A stretch of 64,000 nucleotides of DNA from an uncultured Candidatus Saccharibacteria bacterium (GCA_964474435.1 CAYYSI010000001.1:270835-334834); one strand, 5' to 3'. Positions 29,603 through 40,906 are shown, counted from the stretch's first letter. Numbers and translations are program-made. Notes: a model not told the origin generated them from the sequence alone.

Positions 29603-29635
29603 AACCCCTCAGCAATGAGGGGGTTTTTATTTTTC
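29603..29635. terminator. Bidirectional terminator (CCCCTCA-GCAA-TGAGGGG + T-run)
   Basis: Between the zinc-ribbon gene (+) and gltX (-). Confidence 0.55.
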
Positions 29636-31093
29636 TTAGATAACCTTTTGTATTCGCACAAGCGTGGCGTCTTTGCCCAGGATCGATGCGAGCTCAAACG
29701 GGTCTGGAGACTTCTCTCGCCCAGATAATGCGACACGGAGTGGCCACAATACATTTCCTTTCCCAATTTCTTCGGCATACGGCGTCAGCTGTGCCTTGAT
29801 ACCATCGACTGTCCAGTCAGTCACGCCATCGAGTATTTCTTTTGTCTTTGTGAGATGGATTTTTGCATTCTCGAGTGTGTCTGTTTTCCATACGAGCATC
29901 TTTTCATCGATGACTGGTTCTTTGAAAAAATAATCAAACTCGCCCACCGTTGATCCATCAGCTCGCCCAAAGAAAAGTTGCATATCAGAGAACTTCACCA
30001 TGCGCTCACGAATAAGAGGTTCAAGTTTCTTGAGAATTTCGTGATTCTCCGGAACATTTTCAACAATACTTCCAAACAGTCCGTGGTGTGCGTACTCCCA
30101 AAATTCTGCTTGAGAGAGTTTTTTCATGTGCTCTCGATTGAACCAATCAAGCTTTGCAACATTAAACCCACCTCCACTGCGATGAATACGCGCAATATCA
30201 AATGCATCGATAAATTCTTGTGCAGTCATGACTTCTTGTTCAGTACCCGGATTCCAACCGATAAATACAAGGAAGTTCAACATTGCCTGTGGCAGATATC
30301 CTTCAGCCTTATAGTCGAGTATGTCTTTTGCGCCATCACGCTTGCCGAGTTTTTTCTTTCCATCTGGTGCCATGATCGGCGGAAGCGTTGCCATCAATGG
30401 TGGAGTTATCTCGAGTGCTTCATAGAGAGCAAGAAACTTTGGTGTTGAAGCGATAAATTCATCTGCTCGCATGATATGCGTCACCCCCATTTCCAGATCA
30501 TCAATAATATGTGAGAGATTGTAGGTTGGATACCCATCACTCTTTATCAGAATAAAATCATCCAGTGCCTCAGGTCCGGCCGAAAGATCTCCGTAGACCA
30601 GATCATTCCACTCTGTTGTTTTTATATCAGTGACTTTGAAACGAAGCGGCTGCGTACCATCCCATACAGGAGGATTCTCGGGACGATGATCGCGAAAGAG
30701 AAATGGTCGCTTTTCTGTCTGTGCTTTTAAGCGAAATGCTTCAACCTCTTCAGGAGTATAGGGGTCAGCATATGCAAGTCCTTTGTCGACAAGTTGCTGT
30801 GCGTATTTTTTGTATGAAGCAAGACGTTCTGATTGCAGGTACGGTGCATGGGGCCCGCCGATATCCACACCTTCATCCCACGTGATACCAACCCATCGCA
30901 ATGAATCAATAATATGCTGAATTGAACCTTCTACTTCGCGAGCCTTGTCGGTATCTTCGATACGTAAAATAAATGTTCCGCCCTGCTGTCGTGCAAATGC
31001 CCACGCAAATAATGCGGTACGAACTCCTCCAATATGAAGAAACCCTGTCGGGCTCGGTGCAAAGCGTGTGACGACTTTTTGAAGAGATTGCAT
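29636..31093 (-). CDS. gltX: Glutamyl-tRNA synthetase
   Basis: VTRFAPSPTGFLHIGGVRTALF carries HIGH; class I GluRS core; KLGKR (KMSKS). Confidence 0.9.
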   Translation of the reverse strand: MQSLQKVVTRFAPSPTGFLHIGGVRTALFAWAFARQQGGTFILRIEDTDKAREVEGSIQHIIDSLRWVGITWDEGVDIGGPHAPYLQSERLASYKKYAQQLVDKGLAYADPYTPEEVEAFRLKAQTEKRPFLFRDHRPENPPVWDGTQPLRFKVTDIKTTEWNDLVYGDLSAGPEALDDFILIKSDGYPTYNLSHIIDDLEMGVTHIMRADEFIASTPKFLALYEALEITPPLMATLPPIMAPDGKKKLGKRDGAKDILDYKAEGYLPQAMLNFLVFIGWNPGTEQEVMTAQEFIDAFDIARIHRSGGGFNVAKLDWFNREHMKKLSQAEFWEYAHHGLFGSIVENVPENHEILKKLEPLIRERMVKFSDMQLFFGRADGSTVGEFDYFFKEPVIDEKMLVWKTDTLENAKIHLTKTKEILDGVTDWTVDGIKAQLTPYAEEIGKGNVLWPLRVALSGREKSPDPFELASILGKDATLVRIQKVI

Positions 31094-31166
31094 GCATGCA
31101 TCCTAGCAAAAAAACCCTTTGTTGACAAAGGATTGATTTGTTATAGGATTCGTTAAAACAGTCAGT

Positions 31167-31430
31167 ATGGTAGCACTCGTTACATATCTTCTCGGTCTTT
31201 GCTTTCTGATAAATGCAGCATATGAGGGTGGTATAACAATACTCTTTAGGGGTAAAGAATTGGGTCAACGTTTTGATATAGCTATATCTCTCCTTCTCGC
31301 CTCTTCAGGTTTTGTTATTACATACATATATGGATTTCATTATTTTCATAACGAAATATTTCCTGCAACATTTTTTCTTTACTCAGTGACTGCTGTGTAC
31401 AGCGGAACAAGAAATTACTTTGCCAGATAG
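31167..31430 (+). CDS. Hypothetical small membrane protein
   Basis: ORF only. Confidence 0.3.
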   Translation: MVALVTYLLGLCFLINAAYEGGITILFRGKELGQRFDIAISLLLASSGFVITYIYGFHYFHNEIFPATFFLYSVTAVYSGTRNYFAR

Positions 31431-31460
31431 CAATCGCATGCAAACCCAGCATGCGATTTT

Positions 31461-32198
31461 TTATTTCCCCCTACTCCACTCATACATCACCACTGATGTC
31501 GCAACAGAGGCATTCAATGATTCGCATCCTGGCTGCATTGGGATCGAGAGTGTGACGTCGCAGAGCTCGAGTGTCTTTTCACGAATACCAGTGGACTCGT
31601 TACCAACCACAAAAAGTGTTGGCGTATCAAAAACCGTTTCCTTGAGCACTTGCGTGCCTTCCATCACGAGTCCGTACACCCACATGCGCTTTTCTTTGAA
31701 CGTTCTGATCGTTTGGTTCACATTCCCAATACGCACGATAGGTATACGAAATGCCATACCGGCAGAAGTCTTGATGACGGTACCAGTGATTGGAGATTGG
31801 TTGTGCTCAGGCATGAGGATTGCACTTGCACCAAATGCAGCTGCGGAGCGAATAATCGCACCGACATTGTGCGGATCTTGGAGCTCGTCGAGCAATACAA
31901 AACATGGATTTGTATCACCATCGAGCAGACCGATCACTTCATCAAAATCCGTATACAGCTTCTCAGGATTGATGACACCTATCACCCCTTGGTGGACTGC
32001 ATCATCCCCCACTTTCTTGCCAGCATCCGCGGTTTTCATACTACTCACCCCAATATTATTTTTCTTCAATAGTTCTGTAAGCTCATTATCAGCAGATGCA
32101 TTGGCATCCAAGAACACCTTTGACACTGCACTCGGACGCGCCAAAAGCGCCTCCCGGAGGGCGTGTTTGCCGTATAAGTAAATCTTGTCTTCTTTCAT
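31461..32198 (-). CDS. rlmB: SpoU/TrmH-family 2'-O-ribose RNA methyltransferase (RlmB-like)
   Basis: The N-terminal substrate-binding domain has YGKHALREAL. SPOUT motifs DPHNVGAIIRSAAAFG, LVVGNESTGI and SLNASVATSV are present. Confidence 0.75.
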   Translation of the reverse strand: MKEDKIYLYGKHALREALLARPSAVSKVFLDANASADNELTELLKKNNIGVSSMKTADAGKKVGDDAVHQGVIGVINPEKLYTDFDEVIGLLDGDTNPCFVLLDELQDPHNVGAIIRSAAAFGASAILMPEHNQSPITGTVIKTSAGMAFRIPIVRIGNVNQTIRTFKEKRMWVYGLVMEGTQVLKETVFDTPTLFVVGNESTGIREKTLELCDVTLSIPMQPGCESLNASVATSVVMYEWSRGK

Positions 32199-32299
32199 AG
32201 TTTTCAAAATACCACGTTTTGACCATTCAGTAAAGTATGCTATCCTCTGCTTAGTACAGAAATGTACTAAATTAATCATAACCATTACATCAAAACCAT

Positions 32300-32821
32300 A
32301 TGAATCAATTTATTTTAATTATTAATGGCCCTATGGTAGGAGGTAAAACTTCTGCTGTCGAAGTCATTATGAACCAGTACAAAAAGATCTTTCGAGTCTC
32401 ACCCAACAAGATCAAATTTTTAATATCAGATTATACACCGGATCGCGATCGCCTACTTGTCCATACTTCTACCCTACTCGTTGCAGAAAAGATGCTTGAG
32501 GGAGGAATGTCTCTCCTAATTGAAGGAGGTTCAGTGATGCAAGGTAGCCTCAATGATGAAATCAAAAAGCTTGGAGAAAAGCGCGGTATAAAAGTAACTA
32601 CCGTCAATATTGAAGCTCCTCTAGAAGCACTCAAGAAACGATTTGATGAAAGAGTGATGAATTCGATCACTCGCGGAACAAAGATTTCAGTGACCGATGA
32701 AGAAGACTTTATGAAGCGATATGATGCGTATCTCAAAATACGTGATCAAGCAGAAAAAACATTCGACTCAAATACTCAAAACCCTGGTGACATCGCAAAA
32801 CAAATCATGACGCTCGTATAA
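32300..32821 (+). CDS. P-loop NTPase / small kinase-like protein
   Basis: Walker A ILIINGPMVGGKTS. No confident subfamily. Confidence 0.45.
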   Translation: MNQFILIINGPMVGGKTSAVEVIMNQYKKIFRVSPNKIKFLISDYTPDRDRLLVHTSTLLVAEKMLEGGMSLLIEGGSVMQGSLNDEIKKLGEKRGIKVTTVNIEAPLEALKKRFDERVMNSITRGTKISVTDEEDFMKRYDAYLKIRDQAEKTFDSNTQNPGDIAKQIMTLV

Positions 32822-32823
32822 AA

Positions 32824-32855
32824 AAATCTCCCCAGTTGGGGAGATTTTTAATCAG
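32824..32855. terminator. Bidirectional terminator (ATCTCCCC-AGTT-GGGGAGAT)
   Basis: Between convergent genes. Confidence 0.55.
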
Positions 32856-33748
32856 ACGGTAATACCTAATCCTTTTAATATTCTTTCAACAATTTCAGGC
32901 GGAACTTCAAGATCACCAAGTTTTTCAAGATAAAAAGGAAGATACAATTCTTTGAGTTTTGGGCCAGTCTTTGAGAGACATCCATGCCAATCACTACCTG
33001 CTGAAATCAAAAGATTGTATTTTTCTACCAGCGTAAGTGCAAACTCTGTATCTTCTGGTGAATGACCTGTTCCATAACACTCAATCCCATCCATTCCCTG
33101 GTGTTTAAATTCAGCAATTATTTTCTCCTGTTCTTCTTTGTCAGGAGATATAACTTTTAGAGAAATCAACGGAGCAAGAGGGTGACTAAAGAACGCCTTG
33201 CCACCTGCCTTATGGATGACTGCAAATGCATCCTTGGGTTCAATCGTTGGTGCTGCATCCGGAAGACCACGAAGATAGACAAATCCATCATTTCTTCCTT
33301 CTACAATTCCCTCTTCGTGTAAGAAAAGTGCTATTCCAGGAATGCTGTAGTATTTAGGATCCTTGTCTGTAAAATGCTCAGGGATAATTTCTGATTTTCC
33401 ATCAGCGATCAGAATTCCATTAATCTCAGGAATGAGACTTGTGAAATGCTTTTTGCGATATTCATTAATTCCATCAAGAAAAGTTGTCAGCTCTTTGTTG
33501 GTGGGATTAATATTGTACCCAAGAATATGGATTGGTTGACCGCGATATCCGGTACTAATCTCAACTCCCGGAATAACTCTTATGGCAACTTTTTCAGCTT
33601 CAGTCGTAGCTATAGGTATAGCTGAAACAATGTCATGATCGGTAACAGAGATAATATCTAAATCCCCCGCTTTTGCATCAAGAATTATTTGTTTTGGTGT
33701 CTCACGTCCATCTGAATGGTCTGTGTGAATTTGTAGATCAATTTTCAT
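32852..33748 (-). CDS. PHP-domain phosphoesterase
   Basis: IDLQIHTDHSDG..ISVTDHD..GVEIS is typical of PHP His/Asp metal-binding motifs. Confidence 0.7.
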   Translation of the reverse strand: MKIDLQIHTDHSDGRETPKQIILDAKAGDLDIISVTDHDIVSAIPIATTEAEKVAIRVIPGVEISTGYRGQPIHILGYNINPTNKELTTFLDGINEYRKKHFTSLIPEINGILIADGKSEIIPEHFTDKDPKYYSIPGIALFLHEEGIVEGRNDGFVYLRGLPDAAPTIEPKDAFAVIHKAGGKAFFSHPLAPLISLKVISPDKEEQEKIIAEFKHQGMDGIECYGTGHSPEDTEFALTLVEKYNLLISAGSDWHGCLSKTGPKLKELYLPFYLEKLGDLEVPPEIVERILKGLGITV

Positions 33749-33966
33749 ATTGTTTATTTTTGTTGAGACTTTACTATAAAAATAGATTCTGTAAATAGAT
33801 ATTCCTTATTTCTGAATATCAGTAATGTCCTGCATGATACCAGAAAATCTGGTTACTACGCCTGCCATAATGCTCCTTATACACCAAAAGTCCTTTCACC
33901 GAATGACGCTTCCTATTATATATGGTAGCACAAAGCAAAAATCCCCGTGAAGGGATTTTTGCTTTG

Positions 33967-34049
33967 TGCGCCGGGCAGGATTTGAACCTGCGTAGCCCGA
34001 AGGCGTCAGATTTACAGTCTGATGTAATTGACCACTCTACCACCGACGC
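33967..34049 (-). tRNA. tRNA-Tyr (anticodon GUA), long variable arm
   Basis: Reverse complement GCGTCGGTGGTAGAGTGGTCAATTACATCAGACTGTAAATCTGACGCCTTCGGGCTACGCAGGTTCAAATCCTGCCCGGCGCA. The cloverleaf has anticodon loop CTGTAAA, a variable hairpin GCC-TTCG-GGC and T-arm GCAGG-TTCAAAT-CCTGC. Confidence 0.75.
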
Positions 34050-34080
34050 GTGCCTCCCCTAAGGGAGGTTGTGAAGCAGA

Positions 34081-36774
34081 TTAGGAAATAATTTTTTCTT
34101 TCTTCTGCCCCGTAAAAGAACTGATGCGCTTCTTTTTTGATGTGGTGGTAATGACAACGTCATCCCCATTCATCGAAACGCCCACACTATCACCTTCCCC
34201 GATTGTTCGAGCGATGATTCGTGTTGCAATCGGATTCAAGATCTTTGTCTGAATGAGCCGATTGAGGGGCCGAGCCCCGTAGTGTGGATTATATCCGACA
34301 CGTGCCAGATATGAAAGCGCATCATCTCCAATTGTTACCGTAATACCCTTGTCTTGTAGACGAGCAAGGACAATATCGGTACGCAATCGGACGATATCTT
34401 TGATAACTGCCTGGGACAGAATATCAAACACTACGATTTCGTCAATGCGGTTGAGGAACTCTGGCCTGAAATAATCCTTGAGCGCTCCCTCTACTTTTTC
34501 TTTCATGTGCGTATATTCGCCTTCTTCGGTGTGCGTGTGAAATCCTATTGTCTCCATCTTTTCGATAAATTGGGATCCAATATTTGACGTCATGATGATG
34601 ACGGTATTTTTGAAGTTCACAAGTCTGCCCTTTGCATCGCGCAAGTGACCTTCATCGAGTACTTGGAGCAATACATTGAACACTTCTGGATGCGCCTTTT
34701 CAACTTCATCAAAGAGTACCACCGAGTATGGTCGGTGACGCACACTTTCGGTGAGCTGTCCTGCTTCGTCATGTCCGACATAGCCTGGAGGTGAACCGAT
34801 AAGTTTGGATACACTGTGACGTTCCATGTATTCACTCATGTCGACGCGGATCAATGCCTTGTCATCGTTGAACATAAACTCGGCGAGCGTTTTGGTGAGC
34901 TCAGTTTTCCCAACACCTGTTGGTCCAAGGAAAAGGAATGAGCCAATCGGACGATTCGGGTCTCCGATACCTGCACGATTGCGACGGATGACATTTGCAA
35001 TCTTTTCGATTGCTTCGTTTTGTCCGACGACACGCTTGTTGAGTTCTGCTTCCATGTGCACCAGCTTTTCTCGTTCTTCTTCGAGCATTTTGGTGAGTGG
35101 CACCCCAGTCCATCGCGCGACAACTTCAGCAATGTCTTCTTGAGTAATTTCTTCTTTGAGCACGCGGCGGATTCTTTGGAGTTTCTTGAGCTTCGCAGCC
35201 TTTGTTTCAAGTTCTTTTTGAAGCATTGGGATATGTCCGTATCTGATCTCTGCAGCTCGTCCGAGGTCTGCACGGTTCTCAGCTCCTTCTGCTTCGAGGC
35301 GAAGTGTCTCAAGGTCTTTTTTGATCTTGCCGATATCTTGGAGTGTTGATTTCTCGCCTTTCCATTTCATCTCGAGTTCCTTTGTCTTTTCATTCACATT
35401 GGCAATCTCGAGTTCAATATCTTTGATACGATCTTTGGCAACTTTGACACCACTTTCGGCTTCGATATCTTTGCGAAGTGCTTCGCGCTCGATCTCGAGT
35501 CGCATGATTTTGCGATGCGCCTCTTCGAGTACTGCAGGCTTGTTTTCAAGTGTCATGCGAAGTGCAGAGGATGCTTCATCGAGGAGGTCGATCGCCTTGT
35601 CCGGAAGGAATCGGTTGGTGATGTAGCGAGTCGAGAGTGTGACTGCTGCAACGATTGCATCATCAGTGATGTGCACTCCGTGATAGAGCTCATACTTTTC
35701 TTTGAGTCCGCGCAGTATTGCGATCGTGTCTTCGGGTGTTGGTTCTTCGACAAACACTGGTTGGAAACGTCGCGCGAGTGCTGCATCTTTTTCAATATAC
35801 TTTTGGTATTCCTTGAGTGTCGTTGCACCGATCGCACGGAGCTCTCCACGAGCGAGTGCAGGCTTGAGTAGTTGTGCGAAGTCTCCCACACCTTCGTTTG
35901 CGCCAGCTCCAACGATGTTGTGAATCTCATCGATAAAGAGAATTATTTTTCCTTCTGCGCGTTCAACTTCCTTGAGAATATTTTTGACACGCTCTTCGAA
36001 CTCTCCACGGTACTTCGTCCCCGCAAGGAGCGAGCCAATGTCGAGTGAGACGATTTCTTTGTCCTTGAGGCTCTCTGATACATCGCCTTTGGCAATACGG
36101 TTTGCGAGTCCTTCGATGACTGCAGTCTTGCCCGTACCTGGTTCTCCGAGCAATATCGGATTGTTCTTGGTGCGACGTGAGAGGATCTGCATGATGCGCA
36201 TGATTTCGCTATCGCGCCCAATCACTGGGTCGAGTTTGTCTTCGCGTGCGAGCGTTGTGAGGTTGCGTGTGAACTTTGCAATCATCCGCATTTTTTTGTT
36301 CGCCCCCGTGTCACTCGTTTTGTTGGTGCGGTATTCGAGTACTGCAGTGATGAGTGCTTCGCGATCGATCTTGAAACGGTTGAGGAGCTCAGTTGCCTGA
36401 TTGTTCACATCAAAGAGCGCAATAAAGAGGTGTTCTGTTGAAACGAAATTATCTTTCATTTCTGCGGCAACCTTGAGTGAGATCTCGATCACTTGCGCGA
36501 GATCGGCAGTGAGGAACATCTGGTACGACGGTGCAACAGTTGTTGACCCTTCTGCGCTTTCAATCCCTTCGAGGACTGAGTCCGTCAAAAGCATGGTGTC
36601 GACATCGAGTCGCTCCAGCAATGTAATAATATTTGATTCTTCTTGGACGAGGAGTGCAGTCAGCAAGTGGAGCGAGCTCACACTGTTTTGACCACGTTCG
36701 ATCGCAAGCTCATGGGCACGCTTGATCGTCTCCTTGGCCTTGGTGGTGAATTGGTTGAGTGGTGGGATTTGCAT
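34081..36774 (-). CDS. clpB: ATP-dependent chaperone ClpB
   Basis: A Clp_N domain and two AAA+ modules ([15 protein letters not shown]; [15 protein letters not shown]) are present, with a long coiled-coil middle domain between them. Length is 897 aa. Confidence 0.9.
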   Translation of the reverse strand: MQIPPLNQFTTKAKETIKRAHELAIERGQNSVSSLHLLTALLVQEESNIITLLERLDVDTMLLTDSVLEGIESAEGSTTVAPSYQMFLTADLAQVIEISLKVAAEMKDNFVSTEHLFIALFDVNNQATELLNRFKIDREALITAVLEYRTNKTSDTGANKKMRMIAKFTRNLTTLAREDKLDPVIGRDSEIMRIMQILSRRTKNNPILLGEPGTGKTAVIEGLANRIAKGDVSESLKDKEIVSLDIGSLLAGTKYRGEFEERVKNILKEVERAEGKIILFIDEIHNIVGAGANEGVGDFAQLLKPALARGELRAIGATTLKEYQKYIEKDAALARRFQPVFVEEPTPEDTIAILRGLKEKYELYHGVHITDDAIVAAVTLSTRYITNRFLPDKAIDLLDEASSALRMTLENKPAVLEEAHRKIMRLEIEREALRKDIEAESGVKVAKDRIKDIELEIANVNEKTKELEMKWKGEKSTLQDIGKIKKDLETLRLEAEGAENRADLGRAAEIRYGHIPMLQKELETKAAKLKKLQRIRRVLKEEITQEDIAEVVARWTGVPLTKMLEEEREKLVHMEAELNKRVVGQNEAIEKIANVIRRNRAGIGDPNRPIGSFLFLGPTGVGKTELTKTLAEFMFNDDKALIRVDMSEYMERHSVSKLIGSPPGYVGHDEAGQLTESVRHRPYSVVLFDEVEKAHPEVFNVLLQVLDEGHLRDAKGRLVNFKNTVIIMTSNIGSQFIEKMETIGFHTHTEEGEYTHMKEKVEGALKDYFRPEFLNRIDEIVVFDILSQAVIKDIVRLRTDIVLARLQDKGITVTIGDDALSYLARVGYNPHYGARPLNRLIQTKILNPIATRIIARTIGEGDSVGVSMNGDDVVITTTSKKKRISSFTGQKKEKIIS

Positions 36775-36981
36775 TATAAAACGTAAACTAAATTACAATA
36801 AAAGACGAGAAGTTCAGCCAAGCAGCGTGGTCGGAAATCAGAAGGTCTGTAGTAATACCACTATAGCATAAAAGTCAACCCGGCAGTAGATCTTGACAGG
36901 AGTCAAGGCTCACTGCCGGGTCAAGGGTTTTCTAATATAAAAAACCTCGACAAAAGCCGGGGTTTTAATTTTTTAATTCAT

Positions 36982-37320
36982 TTACAACAAGAAGTTTTGA
37001 AAAGATCTAATGACATTTTCAATTGATTCGTTAAGTACAGAATAACTTTGATTGCATTCAATTTTTTGTATTGCAATATGGGATTGAATCTCTGTAAACT
37101 CCCCTAAAAATTTTTTAAGCTCTGACTGATCTACTTCAAGTATGTTTTCTGAACAAAACTTATTTGATAAATCACGAGCCTTCTGTCGTATATCTTTCTT
37201 GTTGATTATAAACGAGCGTATATCACCACCAATCTTTTTTGAGTGATATGAGATTCTGTCGAGATGCATATGAATATCTACCCATATAGCATCCTTATCT
37301 ATAATTTTTTCTCCGAGCAT
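36982..37320 (-). CDS. Hypothetical protein (112 aa) in an AT-rich segment
   Basis: ORF only. Confidence 0.3.
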   Translation of the reverse strand: MLGEKIIDKDAIWVDIHMHLDRISYHSKKIGGDIRSFIINKKDIRQKARDLSNKFCSENILEVDQSELKKFLGEFTEIQSHIAIQKIECNQSYSVLNESIENVIRSFQNFLL

Positions 37321-37349
37321 AACTTTTAATTTTGTTTGCTCAAATAATA

Positions 37350-38549
37350 CTATATTAATTTATATTTGTCAATTATTTTCTTCAAAGCCCTTACCGCTTT
37401 ATCCAAATCTCCACTCTTAGTGTGTCTCCCAAATGAAAACCGCACTGCTCCCCAGCCTTTGCCATACATACTTTCTACGATCTGGAATTCTTGATCTTCC
37501 TCATTTTTGCATGCGCTTTTTGCTGACACGGCGATTCCCTTTGCATCCAGTTCGATCACGAGCAGTTCACTATCGAAATCTTTGATGGCAACGTGTGTTA
37601 TATGTGGCGTGCGTTCTTGATCACGAGATGTAATGATTGCTTCGGGAATTTCTTTTTCTATTGCTTCTTCAAAATACTTTTGCAATTCTTTTACTCGTTC
37701 TGTTTCCTTTATGTCTTGTGCGTATTTCAGGGCGTGTGCGAATGCATGTATGAGTTCAAGTGACTCAGTCCCCGGACGCAATCCAAATTCTTGTCCCCCA
37801 CCTCGCATGAGCGGTAGTAGTGTGACGCCTCTCTTTTTATAGAGCATTCCAACACCTTTGTGCGTATAGAGTTTCGTCGCACCCAGTGTCATAAGGTCGA
37901 CTCCGAGCTGATCTACACGCAAGTTGAAATAAAGCGGTGCTTGTGTCGCGTCAGTATGAAAAATGATTTTTACTTCTGGATTATCTTTCCTGAGTTTGCG
38001 AATGCGTTTTGCAATTTCTTTGATTGGCTGCACGGTGCCGATCTCATTGTTCACATACATGATCGAGACGATCACTACTTTTGCATTCTCAGGAATCATG
38101 ATGAGTTTGGGATCAATGACTCCGGTGTCTGTTGGGATGGTCACGGTGAATATTCCTGCGTCTCTATACGCTGCTATGGACTCAATCACTGCCGCATGCT
38201 CGAGACTACTTGTCACAACTGCGATTTCTTCGGGCGCAATACCGTCTGCAACAAATGCACTGATCAACCCTTGGATCGCGAGGTTGTCGCTCTCCGTCGC
38301 ACCACTTGTAAAAATGACTTCGTCAGTCTGTGCATGGAGTATTGACGCAACCATTGCACGATTTTTATTCAATACCTGCCGCGCTTCGACTCCTTCTTTG
38401 TGTAATGCGCTTGGATTTGCGGCAAGTATACGTCTACTGATCCGAGGGAGCGATTTCAGCATGTTTGTATCAAGCGGTGTGCTCGAAGCATAGTCCAAAT
38501 AGACTCTGTGGCGATTTTTGAGATACGTCTTGAAATGCTTGAAAAACAT
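37350..38549 (-). CDS. iscS: Cysteine desulfurase (class V aminotransferase, IscS/NifS-like)
   Basis: RVYLDYASSTP, FTSGATESDNLAIQGL and the PLP-lysine region ...TLGATKLYTHKGVGMLY. Confidence 0.8.
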   Translation of the reverse strand: MFFKHFKTYLKNRHRVYLDYASSTPLDTNMLKSLPRISRRILAANPSALHKEGVEARQVLNKNRAMVASILHAQTDEVIFTSGATESDNLAIQGLISAFVADGIAPEEIAVVTSSLEHAAVIESIAAYRDAGIFTVTIPTDTGVIDPKLIMIPENAKVVIVSIMYVNNEIGTVQPIKEIAKRIRKLRKDNPEVKIIFHTDATQAPLYFNLRVDQLGVDLMTLGATKLYTHKGVGMLYKKRGVTLLPLMRGGGQEFGLRPGTESLELIHAFAHALKYAQDIKETERVKELQKYFEEAIEKEIPEAIITSRDQERTPHITHVAIKDFDSELLVIELDAKGIAVSAKSACKNEEDQEFQIVESMYGKGWGAVRFSFGRHTKSGDLDKAVRALKKIIDKYKLI

Positions 38550-38569
38550 AGAAAAATCAGTATAATAGC

Positions 38570-39046
38570 GTGATGCTAGGAAGTATACCACCCATTCTCC
38601 TTATCATTATCGCAGCCCTCTTGGTCACTTGTATTTGTAGTGTTGTCGCAATCGTTCGCATCCAGCAGAAGCTCCGGGCATTCATGAAAGGTAAAGACGG
38701 TGCATCCCTTGAGGCTACCCTTGCCTGGCTCACGCAGAAATCCGCAACAGTCGACATGACTCTCGAAGCACACAAAGAAGCCCTCGAGATGATCGACGCG
38801 CGGGTCAAACGAAGTATCCGCGGATACTCATTGGTGCGATACGATGCATACGAGAGCGCTGGTGGCGAACAAAGCTTTGCATCAGGACTGATCGACGAAC
38901 ACGAGGATGGCTACATTCTTTCTGTCATCACCAACCGCAGCCACATTGGTGTCTATGCCAAGAAAATAAATCGCGGCATTCCCGAAGTATCGCTCACAAC
39001 ACAAGAAACCGACGCACTCAACGCCGCAAAGAAATCCCTAAAATAA
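38570..39046 (+). CDS. DUF4446-like N-terminally anchored membrane protein
   Basis: An N-terminal TM helix followed by a coiled-coil and an alpha/beta region. Confidence 0.4.
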   Translation: MMLGSIPPILLIIIAALLVTCICSVVAIVRIQQKLRAFMKGKDGASLEATLAWLTQKSATVDMTLEAHKEALEMIDARVKRSIRGYSLVRYDAYESAGGEQSFASGLIDEHEDGYILSVITNRSHIGVYAKKINRGIPEVSLTTQETDALNAAKKSLK

Positions 39047-39061
39047 ATTTAGATACACCTT

Positions 39062-40540
39062 ATGTCTACACCAACCCCTTCATCTCCAATCGTTGCCGTC
39101 ATGGGTCACATCGACCACGGCAAGTCCACGCTCCTGGATTATATCCGCAAGGCAAATGTCGCGGGCGGTGAAGCTGGTGGTATCACCCAGCACCTCTCGG
39201 CCTACGAGATCACTATTCCCTATCAAAACACCGAGCGTTCGATCACCTTCCTCGATACACCAGGACATGCGGCATTTACCGGTATGCGCGAGCGCGGCGC
39301 AGTAGCAGCTGATATTGCAATCCTCGTCGTTTCTGCCGAAGACGGTGTGAAGGCTCAGACAATCGAAGCACTCAACACGATCCGGACTGCAAACATCCCC
39401 TATATCGTCGCCATCAATAAGGTTGACCGTCCAGAAGCAAACATCGAACGCACCAAACAAATGCTCGCCGAACAAGAAGTCCTCGTCGAAGGCTATGGTG
39501 GTACGATCCCGTGGGTTGCAGTTTCTGCAATCAAAGGCACTGGCGTGACCGACCTCCTCGACACTGTGTTGCTCGTTGCCGATCTTGAAGGTATGGAAAG
39601 TGATGCAACTGCACCTATCAATGCAGTCGTCATCGAGAGCCACCTCGATGCCAAGCGTGGTATCACTGGTACACTTGTTATGAAAAGTGGCACACTTACC
39701 CAAGGTGAATTCGTCGTCGCAGGCACAGCGCTCGCCACAACGCGCATGATGGAAAATTTCCTTGGCAAACCTATCAAGTCTGCTGGACCTGGGACCCCTG
39801 TGCACCTCGTCGGCTTCGACCAGGCACCTGCAGTCGGTTCACACATTGTTGTATTTGAAAAAAAACGCGATGCAGAAAAGTATATCGAGTCGCTCGACAA
39901 AGTAGGAGCCGCGGATGCAACCATGATCGGCTCTGCCCAAAAGGTCGTCCCCCTCATTATCAAGACTGACGTATACGGCACCGCCGAAGCAATCGAACGA
40001 GAGATTTCAAAAATCGCTGTCGAAGGACTCTATGTCAAAATCATCCAAAAAGGTGTGGGTGTGATCAGCGAGAGCGACATCCGCATGGCACAGTCTGACA
40101 AGGACTCCATCATTCTTGGATTCAATGTCGGCATGGACAGTCGTGCGCGTGACCTCAATGAACAAGTGGGTGCAACTGTTGAAACATTCGACATCATCTA
40201 CAAACTCACTGAATGGCTCGCCATCGAACTCGAAAAGCGTCGCCCACGTGTAGAGACTCGCACCATCATCGGCACTGCCAAGGTACTCAAAGTATTTTCA
40301 AAGACTAAAGATAAGCAAGTGATCGGCTGTCGTATCGACAGTGGCACGATCACGAGTGGTGCAAAGGTTAGCATCATTCGTCGCGACTTTGCGATCACGA
40401 GCGGGACGATCATCGAGATCCAACAAGCCAAGCAAAAGGTCAAAGAAATCACAGACGGCGAATGTGGCATGCTCGTCGAGTGTAAAAACGATATTGCCCA
40501 AGGTGACATCCTCGAAGCATTTGTGATGATGACCGTATAA
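39062..40540 (+). CDS. infB: Translation initiation factor IF-2 (short form: G domain + C-terminal domains only)
   Basis: [32 protein letters not shown], and an IF-2 C-terminal beta-barrel. It is followed by rbfA. Confidence 0.85.
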   Translation: MSTPTPSSPIVAVMGHIDHGKSTLLDYIRKANVAGGEAGGITQHLSAYEITIPYQNTERSITFLDTPGHAAFTGMRERGAVAADIAILVVSAEDGVKAQTIEALNTIRTANIPYIVAINKVDRPEANIERTKQMLAEQEVLVEGYGGTIPWVAVSAIKGTGVTDLLDTVLLVADLEGMESDATAPINAVVIESHLDAKRGITGTLVMKSGTLTQGEFVVAGTALATTRMMENFLGKPIKSAGPGTPVHLVGFDQAPAVGSHIVVFEKKRDAEKYIESLDKVGAADATMIGSAQKVVPLIIKTDVYGTAEAIEREISKIAVEGLYVKIIQKGVGVISESDIRMAQSDKDSIILGFNVGMDSRARDLNEQVGATVETFDIIYKLTEWLAIELEKRRPRVETRTIIGTAKVLKVFSKTKDKQVIGCRIDSGTITSGAKVSIIRRDFAITSGTIIEIQQAKQKVKEITDGECGMLVECKNDIAQGDILEAFVMMTV

Positions 40541-40544
40541 CCCT

Positions 40545-40889
40545 ATGACATACGAGATGGACAGCGAGCGCAATCGCAAAATAGCAGAGCAAATCAAGGA
40601 AATCGCCGCAACATTTATTGAGCGCGAGAGCAACAAGAGCGCACTACTCACGATAACCAAAGTCGAGATTGGGGACCGTGGTCGTTCTGCGATGATCTAT
40701 TTGTCAGTGATGCCCGAAAGTGGTGAAGACTCTGCGATCAACTTCCTCAAACGCAAACGTGCCGACATGCGCGAAGCCATAAAGAAAGGTATGAAGATCC
40801 GTACGATCCCCTTTATCGATGTCCAAATTGACAAAGGGCAAAAAGCGCTCCACACTATAGAAGCTCTGCTGAAAGAAGGAGAAAAATAA
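40545..40889 (+). CDS. rbfA: Ribosome-binding factor A
   Basis: KH-like RbfA fold motifs (LLTITKVEI..D...A.IYLSV) in the conserved infB-rbfA order. Confidence 0.8.
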   Translation: MTYEMDSERNRKIAEQIKEIAATFIERESNKSALLTITKVEIGDRGRSAMIYLSVMPESGEDSAINFLKRKRADMREAIKKGMKIRTIPFIDVQIDKGQKALHTIEALLKEGEK

Positions 40890-40906
40890 GCTGTATACAA
40901 ATTTTT

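Noticed and set aside
34851-35312. Antisense ORFs inside clpB (and similar shadow ORFs inside topA, gyrA, gltX, pyk and the helicase)
   Set aside because: They are embedded opposite long, strongly supported genes, and they are low-complexity Ser/Arg-rich translations typical of frame-shadow ORFs.
36885-36945. Canonical CIRCE (TTAGCACTC-N9-GAGTGCTAA) or HAIR operator upstream of clpB
   Set aside because: Neither consensus is present. Only a HAIR-like half-site palindrome with the wrong spacing is seen, and it is reported as low interest instead.
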